A stretch of 64,000 nucleotides of DNA from Klebsormidium nitens (lineage: Eukaryota > Plantae > Klebsormidiophyceae). The notes below the pieces were generated by a model that was not told the origin of the DNA, did no database searches, and was given only the letters and a program-made list of their open reading frames with translations. This document shows positions 18,482 to 31,000 of the stretch, piece after piece; positions within the stretch are counted from its first letter, which is position 1, and each line of letters opens with the position of its first letter. The stretch covers positions 202,228 through 266,227 of the forward strand of contig DF237005.1 in assembly GCA_000708835.1 (NCBI GenBank). Reading direction: 5' to 3'. The position numbers were made by a program, and so were the translations under genes.

Positions 18482-21400
18482 CTATAAGACAGGAACATCG
18501 TCTCCTTCAATCGAGTGCCGGAAGTGGCACCTGTGTCCGTACGGACATTTGTATCCGTTGGCGACCAGTCGACAGATCTCCGTCTTGAACTTGGGGTGTC
18601 GCAGTACAGGGCGCAGCTCCTCGATGCCGTGGGCAAACTGGGTCAAAGATATAGAACGCTGAGAAATTTTCAAAGGGAGGTTAAGGAAAGAAGAGGTGAT
18701 GGAATCTAGAGAGATATAGCGGTGTAAATAGAAGGCCTACACATTTGTAAACCTTCCAACTCTTTGGGCATTCGTGGAGGGGACCTAATTCGTGGAGGGT
18801 GTCCGACTGGGAGTATGAAATATATTCCCTTAGGAATCGGGTTTGCATCCAGGGCTTGTAAGAAACCAAGCCCGAGAGGCATCTGTAAGCAGATTGAATA
18901 CAACCTGGAAGGATTTCGTCACGGATCGTTGGAAACAGCAAGGAAAGTTGCGGTGCGTGACAGGTTTTGAAGAAGCAAGTAACTTTCGAAATATCAACAG
19001 AAAAGAAGAAGTGCTCAAAAGCAAAGGCTTGAAAACTTCCTGATTCATCTTTCGGACACAGTCGAAACGGAGAAAAAGCTTGAAAATCTGCTAGCAGGAA
19101 GGCCAGTTATAATTTTCACGCACAAGTCAGCCAACCACGATGCACGACTTCAGGTGTCTTGGAGCACCGGCTAAAGTGTTCTAAACTGATTGCGCGACGG
19201 ATGGTAACGTTCGCTAAAAATACGAACGGAACGAGAACTCAGGGGCGGTGTATTGCAAAAGTGCCGATTCCAAACGCTCGAAGAAAGGGTTTTTTTCTTA
19301 CCTGGCACTTCGGTCCATACGGGCACTGCCCTTGCTCTTCCCATTTGTTGCACAGCTCCGTCTTGTAGTAGCCCTGCGCACAAGCATGACGTCACACCGG
19401 CGGCGTCTCTGTCGTCATCAAACGTGGTAAAGATGCACGAAGCAGCTTTGCATCCTTTTGAGCTCTGTTCAAAACCAAAGCCTTTCTTCTGAGATCTCCA
19501 ACCTGTGCGTCAGGCCTAAAAGATCGATCGCGTGATTCCTCAGTATCTAGGTTGTGCGCTTCTCGAAAGCTTCAAAGCAGAGCGTAAAAAGAAAATTGCG
19601 AGGCAGCACCTGAGGTACGATGACCATGTCCTCCAGTTCGATGACGTCATTTCTCCTACCGGGCGGCGTCCCTGGAGGCTGCACACAGTGCTGGTCCATC
19701 AGAATTTGTGTTCCTCATTACTGAACTTCGGCTATACTTTCCGTGGTTTGTGAAATTCCTTGCAGTCGCGCAGGCACAGGGAGGAGGCAGTCTGATTGTC
19801 CAAGGTGATAAAAAGTTGAAGAAGCAGTTTTTTGAAGGCACTAACATTCTGCGCCTTCGTTCGTGGCAACTCTCTTTTGAGCACATCATGGAACAGTCTT
19901 CGCAACTCCCGTGCCTCCGCTTGACACGACCGCCTGTCCAAACACCTGCTGTAAAAGCAAACCCGCGACGAAAATGCGAAAATGTAAGAGGTCGTACCGG
20001 GTGGCTGGCGGCCTTTTTGCGCGCTTCGCCAGCGTCGTGGTCGTCCTCCTCGCGCGCGCGCTTCACCCCGCGCTCCTGCTCCTCTTTGACCGCGCGCAGG
20101 GTAGACTCGCGGACGTTGATGCTCTTGGGAAGAAGGGCGGGCACGTGCGCTGCCAAAGAAATGCCACCTGCCGTCGGCAAGCTGTCCAGATTTCGGAGGC
20201 CCAAGCCGAAATAAGGAAGATTGCCCATGGATTCTGAGAGCGTGGGCATGATCAAAAGACAACGTGGCACGTGATACTGAGGAAAAGAGCGCGCAAGCGT
20301 CGTTCAAGAGGACCACAGATAAAACTCGAACGCCGAAGCTCGGAAGCCCTCTCAGGGTTTTAGGCTAGCGTTGACATTCTAAGGCTCAGCGATATTGGAA
20401 GGGGTGCTTGGAAGAAGATTCAGATAAGGAAAATCTGGTTGGCATCCAGGGTTCTAGGAAAGGGTTTCTTCCAATGATTCGCTCTTGGCTTTCAACGATA
20501 TTTAATTGTAACAGACTTATTGAGGCGAAGACTTCGGTTCTACATTCCGAAGAGCACAAAGAGAGGAGAATAGAGGTCAGTATTCTGTCGGCAGATTTTA
20601 TGCACCTAAGGCCTCAAGAGATTGGCAACACAGACAGAGCACTTGCCGGAATGATCTGTCTCGCGCCTTTCGTCGGGCCCTCTCCGGCTGTCCGTGACAT
20701 GGATGCGCCGTCCGTCCCCGTTCTGTGGGCTGACGCGCCCCGCTCTTTCCTCCCTATCTCTCCTCCCCTCACCGTCAAACGGCCGTTCGCCCTGGATCCT
20801 TCTCTCTTCGCCGCTGCCCAGACCGCGGACCGCCCGGACGTCCGTCAGCCTGTCCTTGACACTCGCCCTCTCCCGACCGCCGTCCTTGCCCTGCGGATCA
20901 CCTTCGTGAGCGGCGACACCTTCTCCGTTGGTGTCAATTGGGCGCTTGACGAGACCCTCCGCCTTTCCCCCGGCGAGGCCCCCTGGCAACGGGGCAGCGC
21001 CCGCGCTCGCTTTCCCGGGTCCGCGGGCGGGCCCCGTTTTGCCGCCTGGCGCTCCGTTCTCCGTGCCGCGGCCAGCCGCCGCGCTTGATGGCGGGGCCTC
21101 GCCCGTTCTCAGGTACTTGATCGCTTCCAGCCGCCGCCGCGCCTTCAGGATCCAGCCGTCTAGCTCCACCTTCTGAGCGGCGAGCTCCGAGGTCTTGGTT
21201 GCGATCTCCTGGTCTTTGCGCGCACACTGGGAGGACAGGTCGGCGTGCGCGGACTCCAAGTTGACAAGCAATCTGCAATTGACATCAGGAGAGTGTTCAG
21301 ACCTTTTTAGAGGCTTCTTGTTGTAATCTTGTCCTGTATGTAAATCTGTGTGTACCTACGTTTGATGATTTTAATTGATAACGTCATATTACGAGAGGAT

Positions 21401-23093
21401 CAGAGACAATGGAGATTCTGATCGAAAGATGGAACCTAGCTTTTGATAAGAGGTATCAGCGTCCATCTGGTTGAAAAAAGGGGAAAAAGCTGCGCAGCAA
21501 CTGCTGTTCGAGAGAGTTGTACACCAATCTGGAAAAGTTCTCTCAATAAAACGAACAGTCCAAAGCGACAATGTGTGGAATGTGTGTTTTCAGAATCAGT
21601 CACCTCGATAGAGACACTAAGAAAACTCTTTGGGTATCAGATTGTACACACGTGATGCCTAACAACACCCATTTTTGACACTTAATTTTGATCGAGAACA
21701 TCCAATATTTTTTTCTGAGACCATAGATGCTCACAACAAGTCTTCGACAGGTAAGCTCACTTCTTCAACGTGAAAGCCTCCTCTCGACTCTCCTCCAACT
21801 TGTTCGTGGCTTGGTTGTACTTCTCCGCAAGCTGCCTGAACTGCTCCCCCAGCACAGCTAGCGAGCTTTCCAAAAGCTCGACGCGCTTGGGAACGGCGCC
21901 ACTCGACGGTCCGTGCTGAGGCGGAGGCGTGCGACGAGCTTGAGGGCACTTCAAAGGGGAAGCATGGTTAGAAGTTTGTTTTCAAAACCAGGGGTGTCAG
22001 ATTGATTGTGTCATCAGCAAGACTGTTGATATACAGCCTTTTTGTTAGCCTGAGATAGGTCACGTTCCGGTGAACCCGTTGAAAAGGCTACGAGTCTCCA
22101 GAAATGCGCTACTCGACAAGTATCAGGCAGACTCATGCGCATCCTCTTCGACTGCTCCAACTATCAGGACAAGGGATGAATTGCAAGGTCTTACTGAATG
22201 TTTTGGAAAGTTTAAAAACACGTTGCTCAAAATCTTTACGAACTAGGGTTGCTGATTTAAGCTTCTTTTACTGTCCCCAGAGAGTTTTATTCCTAAACCT
22301 TGAATCTATGGACCCCCTAACCTGAATTTACTTGCAAAGAGAAGACATGACTACGCACCATTTTCCAGTATTCTGCAGATTTGAGCGCTTACCTGATGGA
22401 GATGCTCCTGCAGTCTCACTTCTGTCTGAAGCTTTAAATTCATGCAGCGAACTAACTCTGCCTGCATGGCAGAAACCTGCAACTCTTTCTCGCCCAGCCT
22501 TGCCAGCAGTTCTGCTGTTGACAGCTTCCCTTCAGTTGCTCTCAAGCTAAGATGAGCATCCTTGTTACTATCCTTCAGTCCACGAATACGAAATTGAGTT
22601 TCTTCATGAACCCCACAACCCGTTGGGGTCCTGTTCTCCTTTGCAGGATCGTGTTGCGGAGTCTGCAACCCGACTATGTCATCGCGAAAGATGCCAGGGC
22701 TGATAGAGAGGAAGTTTTCTGTTGTCAATCGGTGAAAGTCAGACAATCTCCTGTCTTCTACAAAATGCCTAGAACCTTGCTCTTCACAACCCCTGCCCCA
22801 GCTGCCTTCCTTTCGTAGAATATTAGGGCTCTTCTGGAGGACCGATGAAGGGGGCGTTCTGAAGAGTTTTGGAGAATCATCCACAAGCTGAGGAGAAGGA
22901 TGGCCCGAAACGATTGTTATTCCAGCCGCCATGATACCTGCAGGACTTGCTGCTTCTGAAAAGTTCAAAGGACTGAGCCTCGCTCTAGGTCCTATTGTTT
23001 CATTGTCTGTCTTGGCAAGCTGCTGGTATGCTCGTAGAGAACTGATTTCTCAACGCTGCTACCTAGCTTTGCAGTCCGATATTCCTGCGCCAT
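18482..23093 (-). CDS. Tandem CCCH zinc-finger (TTP/TIS11-like) RNA-binding protein with a long coiled-coil/low-complexity N-terminus; 5' end uncertain
   Basis: Exons 23093(?)-23063, 22955-22393, 21948-21761, 21272-20647, 20233-19998, 19678-19610, 19373-19302 and 18637-18482 chain in phase. The C-terminus reads [24 protein letters not shown]|[41 protein letters not shown], i.e. two C-x8-C-x5-C-x3-H fingers. Confidence 0.82.
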
Positions 23094-24339
23094 GCAAATT
23101 GAAGGCTTTTTAGTTTCTTCGAAGGACCCAAACTTGTACCCGTGCGCTGGAAAAAAATGCCTCGAGTACTTTCCAGTCCATGCACCTTTAGGCACAGGTA
23201 TAGCAATGGCGACCTTCTCCGCAGTCAACCTCCTGGTCCATGCAGCTTCAATCTCTACTTCCTCAAACGAAGGCTGTCTGCGGTCTGCTCGGATAGAAAC
23301 CGGATTCCTAATCTGCAAAATCCACGGCCTTTTGATGTAAGACTTGAAGCATAAGGTCACCAGAGCGCTCAACCCAGAAAACCCATGGGCGGCGCCATCT
23401 TCATATTCCTGGGACGAAGACGTGATTGGAAGGGACAGATTACTGGAACCAACCAGAAACTCCTGTTGACCTTTCCTGATTTCAATCCAGAAGTGCGTCG
23501 ACAGACGTGCAGGAAACCCATCTTTCCACCTGACGGGACACTGCTGAGTCACAGCTTTGGTGATGAAGTTCTTTGAGATTCAAATCGCCAGTCCCGCAGC
23601 TCTGACGATGCGCTTTTCCAATCTTATGTCAAGCTTGACGATCACCGCGCCATTCATGGACGATGCGAGCAGACTGAGACAGACTGGGAGGCTTACGTTG
23701 GAATAAGGCACGAAGCCCCGAGTCACGTACGGCAGCAACCCCAAAGCAGGTTTGCGCAATCCAGTGTTCCTCGCTTTGTGATCGGGCACATATGTACAAT
23801 TATCAAAAGCTGCATGCCAGCAATCAGACCTGCGAAATTTGAAAACCATTCGTTTAATCGGCTTTCTGTGTTCAATTATGGCATGCTGTACTAGTCACAC
23901 TTCCACTGCTTCCAAAGCTGGAAGGCACATTCTTGCAAGGAAGCTACTCAGTCGATTCTGGAATAGAATGGGTGGTTTTAGTGACTGTCAAAGCCTTGAC
24001 AACGTTGTACGTAGAATTTACATTTGGCTCATGTTACACATGCTGTAGTGAACATATCAAATTGTCTCGAAAGACCTGACAGATTGCAGCTCTTTGCTTG
24101 TCGTACTAAAGCCGCGCGGGCAAGCAGATATAGAAGACATGGTGCAGTAGCACTATCGTACTGACGTACTCTTGGGGACAACGAATTCCGGCCTTCTGAA
24201 GGCTCAAAGCTATCCTTCGACCGCGCTCGAACGGCCATCAAAGTCATCAACAAGCTTTCATGTTTAAAGCCTTTCCTTCTCGGATTCTCAGACTACGTTA
24301 TCTGAATGAGACGCATACAATTAGACGCTATCTTCGCCA

Positions 24340-26669
24340 CTACGGATCCCAAGCATCGTCCTCGCTCCGTGATCCTACGCCGATATCAAGAGACCAATAG
24401 GCCGGACCCTTCGCGCTGATCTGCGTAACTCTCTTCCTGGCAGCTATGCACTGTCCGAGAAACCTGAAGATGTTACTCGAGATGGTGCCGACTGCATAGT
24501 CCGCCATCGAAGCGGCCGTGTACAGCTCGGCAACGAAGTGGTCCTGGAGGTCCTTTTTGACTTCGACCGAGGGTATCGAAGCGTGGCCGTACGTTTCAAT
24601 GGCACTCCTGTTGACTCCCGGATCGTACAGGATGGGCAGATCTTCTCGGAGGCCGTTCCCCATTCTGTCTTTCAGCAGCTGATCGATAGCTCGCTGAGTG
24701 TCGCTCAGGACGAACACGCCTCCGAACTTCAAATCGACCTCGTTCTCGATCTCCGTCACAGCGCTTCCGTAGTCTGCTAGCTCTCGGTAATTGTGGCCGT
24801 GAGACAGCCAGTAAGGGTCCTGGACGAGACCCGTGAAAGCGTTTAATCAAGGGCCTCACATTTTTTGCCGCCTTAACTATGTCCAGAATCATCATTTTCG
24901 ATTATCATCAAGGATGAACATCGTAAATCTACTGTAAAGAGAACGATCTTCTGTGCAATTTAGAACTCCTAGAATATCTTCAAGTTTTTCTTCGACAAGT
25001 ACGAGGTCGGCATGACGGGGCTACGTTTTGTCTCACCTCTGTCATCTTGTCTGTTCTTCGGACTTGAAGCACGGCAATAGGGGTTTTCCATAATGGCAAG
25101 CTTTCCAGGATCGCTAATGTAGGCTCCTCTCTCGAAGGCCTCAACAGCCATTTGCTCACGATCGCAAAGAGCAAAAATATCTTGTGCTTTCCCTCCGCGT
25201 CGCTTGGATTGCCGCCTGCAGCAATGCTTAGATTGCCGCTGGAGGCGAAAAGGTCGAAAAGTCCTTCTGGGTAGACGTCGTCTGGATCATCTGCGTTCAC
25301 CAAGTTGGATGTTACAGGAATCTCTTCACGATGCTTTCACGAACCTTTTGGGCCAACTTGAGATCCAATTTCAGAAGAAGATATTGTATCAACAACAATG
25401 ACTGGAAGCTTTGAAACATTTCTAGCACGCTGAATCAAGTAAAGAAAGCAGTTTTTATTCTGGACGCATTAGGCACTGTTCACAAAGTGCAGGTCGCAAG
25501 CAGCATGTTTGAGCGGCTCACTTGCGACTCTTTGCATCTCACCTGTGTAACCTGAAAGGGGCTCAATGAACATGATGTCCTCCTCTTTCAGCGGTTCGAT
25601 CTGAGACGTTAGCCGATCTTCAAAAGAAAGGCTGTAGTTCCAAGCAACCTTCTGGAAGGACCCGAGTTCTTGATATTTCGCGGGGAGTTGATCAAAAGAG
25701 CAGCTGGTGACGTTGAGAAAGCAGGATATTGACTTCCGCTTCTCGGGACAGCCAAGCCACGTAGACGTCTTCCATTTCTCTGTTGCTGATTCAGGTCTTG
25801 GGACTGGTATCACCGTTCGATTTAGTTTGAGACCCAGCAAAAGTGCCCTCGTAAAAGCTTGGAAGTTCCAGCAGAGTCCTGCAAAAATACATGCACAGAG
25901 AAACAGTCAACACAAGTGAGCGGATTAGGAGCATGTAACAGGATGTGATGGGACACTGGGGTCATATGAAGCAAGAAGCTACTGGTCCCTAAGTTGGCTT
26001 CAGTAGCAAGAAGATTGATATTGTGCTTTATTGATTTGCAGTGTCGTGCTTTGTGATTACATGCAATTAATTCACAATGTAATCAAAAAGCATCTATCTG
26101 AAATATGTATGAACACATCATCCTTCTTTTGCTGAGCTTTAAGGCAGCAATGCAGAAACTTTGAGAAATAACTCGAAGTTGCTTTAGCCAGAAAGCTTGC
26201 CTGACACATCCATCTCCACAAACAGTTTTTGTGTCGCAGCGCAGGATTTGGGGTACTGAAGTTCTGTTAACATGCTGAGGACTGTCCTTTCAAGTCCTTC
26301 GGTCCATTTGAGAGACCCGTTTGTGATCAAGAGGGAGTCTAAGGGTGTTTCAAAGTGTTCTGCTCTCTGCGAGAAGAGTCTTAGCTTATCAGTTTCGCTT
26401 TGCTCTGGTCCTGATCCTTTCGAAGATTCGTCCTGAACAGAGAATTCATCCTCCAAACTCATGCTGTAGTCCGGCTCAGAAGCATTAGATCCATAAGTTC
26501 TATGCTCTTCTGTTCGTCTGTTCAAGACCTGTAGCAGCGTAGCATTGTTAGCTTTGCTCGCAATCACTTTGTTTCCTTGTCGTAGGTCGTGCTGAAAGAC
26601 CGCCATGGCCAACAGGACACAAAGAGCCAGAACCATGGCCGTCCACGAAGGCTTTCCAGGAACTGCCAT
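24340..26669 (-). CDS. GT23 / alpha-1,6-fucosyltransferase (FUT8)-like type II membrane glycosyltransferase
   Basis: Exons 26669-26201, 25878-25543, (optional 25401-25345), 25290-25037 and 24819-24340. N-terminal TM anchor WTAMVLALCVLLAMAVF; LQYPKSCAATQKL (FUT8 LQNPKDC-like); QVRRTDK (FUT8 HVRRTDK GDP-fucose motif); VFVLSD; AELYTAASMADYAVGTISSNIFR. Confidence 0.83.
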
Positions 26670-28038
26670 GAGTGCAACTTCAGTTATGAAGGCACCACAA
26701 TCGTTTCAAAAGTTACAGCACAAGCTCGCGAGAAGTGCGACCTTCTTGCAGATCAGCGGATCTTAAGCTGCTATTGTTTGCGAGCAAGCGAACGGCGCTA
26801 GCAGCTGCGCATGCATTCTGGTGGTAGCAGCATCAATGGCCAAGGAAAATCTGCCGGAAAACCAACAGTTGCATTAGTCTCTCACACCTTAGAGCTCGGG
26901 TAGGAAGGTGGCGCAAAGCTTTGGCTGCAGTTCCTCTCAGCTTAAACTGCCGCTCGCAGCTCACAGGTTACAGGAAGAACTTGCTTGCGCTATTGATCGA
27001 CCCCAAGCTAAGCCTCGTCTTGACGAGGAAAGAAACCTGCCGGGAATCAGCATGCCACCCGGGGCATCATGACCGGGCCTCGATGGCTTCTTGGTGCAGA
27101 CAGTGCTCGGTTATAGCATACCCTGCCACCAGGGTTAGCATGCATGTAACCCGGTCAACCGGGGCTCGTTTGGAGTGGCGTGGGGAGTTTTGCCGGTTTA
27201 TCCACGTTTCAACTCACGTGCGGAATTTCAAGCAGCAGACTGACTCGCGAGGAATCATATTTGGCTGGCAGTGGAACTGGCATCACCGGGTGGAGAGCTG
27301 GATGTTACTCTCATGATTGCACTTTGACTGCAGTCGTAAAGCTGATGGCATGTCGACTCCACGATAACCTAGCAGATGTGAAGGGACGCTGCTCTGACCA
27401 ATCCCTGCATAGATTGTAGATCAGAAGTAATGGAACGGCGGCAATACCACGCGCAAGCTCACGGCTGAGTCAACTTCAAACAACTATGTGACTGTGCACC
27501 GGGAAAAGTGGCAGGCGGACTCAGTTCGCCACCAAGGCCCGTGCAGCTTTTGGAACGTGCACGAGGGATTGGCTTTACAATTCCTGATATTTCAATCCCC
27601 GTACTTTAAGTATGCAAATGGCATCTATTATTTGATCCAATGATGCATTCCGCTTGCGCGCCTGTGCGAATGTACTTGCGCTAGAACGGTGTGGTATGCT
27701 TTCAAATTATCAGACGAGCTCAAGGAAAACGAATTTGCGTTATCGTTGAACGGGAACATCAAATGTGGCCCCGTTCAGCTTGCTGGGGAAAGATGTCGAA
27801 AGATCAGCTTGGGGTTGGAGCCATGACCGGGTTGAGCCACAAGCAAAGTGCACTTCAATGTCCATCAAGAGATCCAGTTCATCGTAGCCGTCAAAACACT
27901 GGCTGCTCATTTTGGCATTCACGGCTTGTCGTACTTCGTCACATACACGTGCAACCCACGTCTAAACGCCTCAATGTTAAATAGCGAGCCTATTAAGAGA
28001 GCCTACGCATCACCGATACGGTGCCCGAACATATCTGG

Positions 28039-31000
28039 TCAGTACAGTTCTTCCTTGTTGTAAGCGCCATTCAACGCTCCTTTGTCGCGCCTTTTCAGGT
28101 TCACCTGAGAAGGACAAAATCCAACGTGGTGAGGGATTCCTGCATACCAAAATAATTTAGAAGAGGGTCTTTTTGGTCGAGCGTGTTTGTTTCTGAACCA
28201 AAACGTGATCAGCAAAAGAAAAGAAGACCCAGCTGTAGTCCCTAGAAAAGATCCATATGGCCTTTGCAACGATGACCCAAGTCGAATGAGAAGAGCGCCG
28301 GGAAAACAGACCTCATCCTGCATTGATCGTCGCACCCTTCTGGGGGGCCATCTATTGCTGGCAACATGTCCCATCCTCGAGCCTCATACTGACCACTAGG
28401 AAAACGAAGAGACTTCAATGTGCAGATTCACCTGGGCAATTGTCCAAGAGACCCTGTTGCCACGGGCTAATCTGTTCCTAACCCATGATTGGTTGTACTT
28501 TACCAGATTCCGAAAACGAGTGCCTGGTAAACTGCACCTATCAAGCACTAAACATGATTGGTTAATGGAGGATTTTCTCCGTAAGGGGAACAAAGTCACC
28601 TGCAGCAGAGTGTGCTCCGCCACGCCAATGCGCACCTCCATTTGCTTCAGCTCACTCTGCAAAAAAGGACATCGAACGTGAGACACTTACGACCGTAGCC
28701 CCTTACTATAGTAGCCGGGTAGTGGATCCTTGCAGAACGCTGGGGCTTGAATCGACGCCAAGCGACGTAATCCTGGTGTGAAAGTTGAGAAAGATGGCAA
28801 AAAATATACCAAGAAATAATCTGGCTAGCCAGTGCGTCTAGGCAGGGAGGCAGTGCACCGAAAACGACCGCGGCTGAGCCATGGTTGCATTGTGCGACAT
28901 CAGGATCCGTTCTCAAAGCTCCTGTCCGCAGTGCTAACGAAATGAGAATTTGAACGCAAGTACGTGTCAAAGAAAGAATGTCTGCTGCTCGTATGTGATT
29001 GGAGATCGATGCAGGCTCGAGGTTTACAGATCGGTCTCAAAGGGTCGTCCTGCCTGGCCTTTTTCCTTTACGAGGAACACAAACCACGGCATATGGGCGG
29101 AGGCGGTCTGATTGAAAGAACCTTATCTCGATCAGGCGCACCTGCCGGCCGTAGAATGCCAGCGGCTGAAAGATAACAAACCCCGGCTTTTACGATGTCA
29201 GAACGAGGCATCCAACAGTTGGGGCCGGCTTTGTCCAACTTACTTTCAAGGCTTCAATGGCTTTCTTGATCTTGACCAGCGGCGAGCTGTCCGAGATGTC
29301 GTTTCCTCGCTCGTCCATCGTTTGCTGCACGTGGAAAGTCAAGGTTTAGCGGCAAGGACACGTGGCAAGACTTGCGAGCGGATTCGACTACAATGCTGCT
29401 CGGCATCTCGCGCACAAACTCTCGCCCCTAAGAGGCAACGGGCGTTTTAGATACCAGTTTCAGAACCTTTGAACCAATCTGCTCGCAACTCTCACAAGGC
29501 CTAGCCACCTGCTCTCCAGGCGCTCTCAAAGGTCCGCGACCTTGGCGATGCTGTCTCTTTCTTGAAGCACTTTAAAAACCCTGGCGCACACCCAAGAACC
29601 ACACAACGACAAACCCCTCGACACTTTGTTATATTTGACCCGTCGTTTCTGGCCCGCCAGAATGCATGGGTCACCTTGAAGCTCTCAAGGCGCTTTAAGA
29701 TGTGCGCGAGCTCGCCCTTGATTTCTGTCTCGTTGAAGGCAGGGCACTTGGCGCAAACCTAAAAGCCCGCACTCTTTCACTGCCGGCCTGCCAGACTCAT
29801 GTCAGTCTCTTAACTTGATGCTTCCGAGGCGCTCCGAGATGTGCGCGAGCTCCTCCGTGATCTTGGCGATGCCGTATCACTCGAAGCGGAATACCTGGCG
29901 CAAACCCTAGAACCGGAAAGCCGAAAACCCCTCAGAACCTTGCCATTTGCACCCCGCCAAAATCCAAAGCTTACCTTGATGCTCTCTAGGCGCTCCGAGA
30001 TGTGCGCGAGCTCGTCCGTGAGCTTGGCGATGCTGTCCATGCTCTTGTTGTACGCCTCCTGCTTCTCGGACAGCACGTCGCGCTTCGTCCGGTAGTCCTG
30101 CGTCTGTAAGCGCGACACGTGTCCGCATTCAGCACTATATTTGTCAGCTTCTCGTGTTATCAGAGCGCATAAGCTTGGTTGGACTCAACGAAACGGCAAA
30201 GGCTTTCTGCGCTGGATTTATTGAGCCAGTGCCGAAGATAAGCGGACGGACAAAAACCCTCTTGTTTTTTTACTGTTCTCCAACGATTTCGCATCGCGCG
30301 CGCAGAAGGTTTCAACCACGCATAGGACAGGCGTTCGGGATCTGCAAAGAGTTTTTCAGAGTACGGCAGGCTTACAGAATCGAACAAAATTTTGGTGGGC
30401 ATCAGACTGGCAGAGAACTTTTAGGGGGATCCCTCGCTCACCAGCTCGACAAACTGGCTGTTGATGTACTTTTCTCGCGTGCTCAGCTTCTCGAGCGCGG
30501 CCGCGACCTCCGACTCAACCCTGCCGGAGGGTTAAGCAGATCAAACAAGGACACGTGATAGTCGGGAAAGAGTTCGCAAAGATAATCCTTTTGACATAGT
30601 CTCTCAGTTCACTGAGGTGCTGTTCGATATTCGCCTAAGAAGGGGCGTGCGCTGACGCATGTGTTATGGGCAGAAATGCGATGACGTGATCACAAGGCTT
30701 GAAGAGCCTCTTCTGCTGGCACTTAAACGTCCAAAAGCGACATCAGCAGAAAGGGCCGTGCAAATTCGCGGCGACGGGAAGTCCGCATTGCCTCTCGCAT
30801 TGTCGCCCTCTGCGGCTCTGTCCGGCCATGCTCTGCATAACCGAGCTTCCCTTGCTTTCATGCATAACTCAAGCGCTGTCGTTTTCCTGTGAGTGCAGGG
30901 TTCTCACTTGTCTAGTTGTCCTTTACCCTCCGGCAGTGACTTGGCAATCTCGCCGTGCTGCTGGGACGCCTGCTCGAGATGCGTCCGCCAGTCCTTCACG

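Noticed and set aside
23553-23640. In-frame TGA (23582-23580) between two same-frame ORFs, suggesting selenocysteine or readthrough
   Set aside because: A plausible intron (23696-23571) removes it, no SECIS-like element was identified, and the context is not a redox motif.
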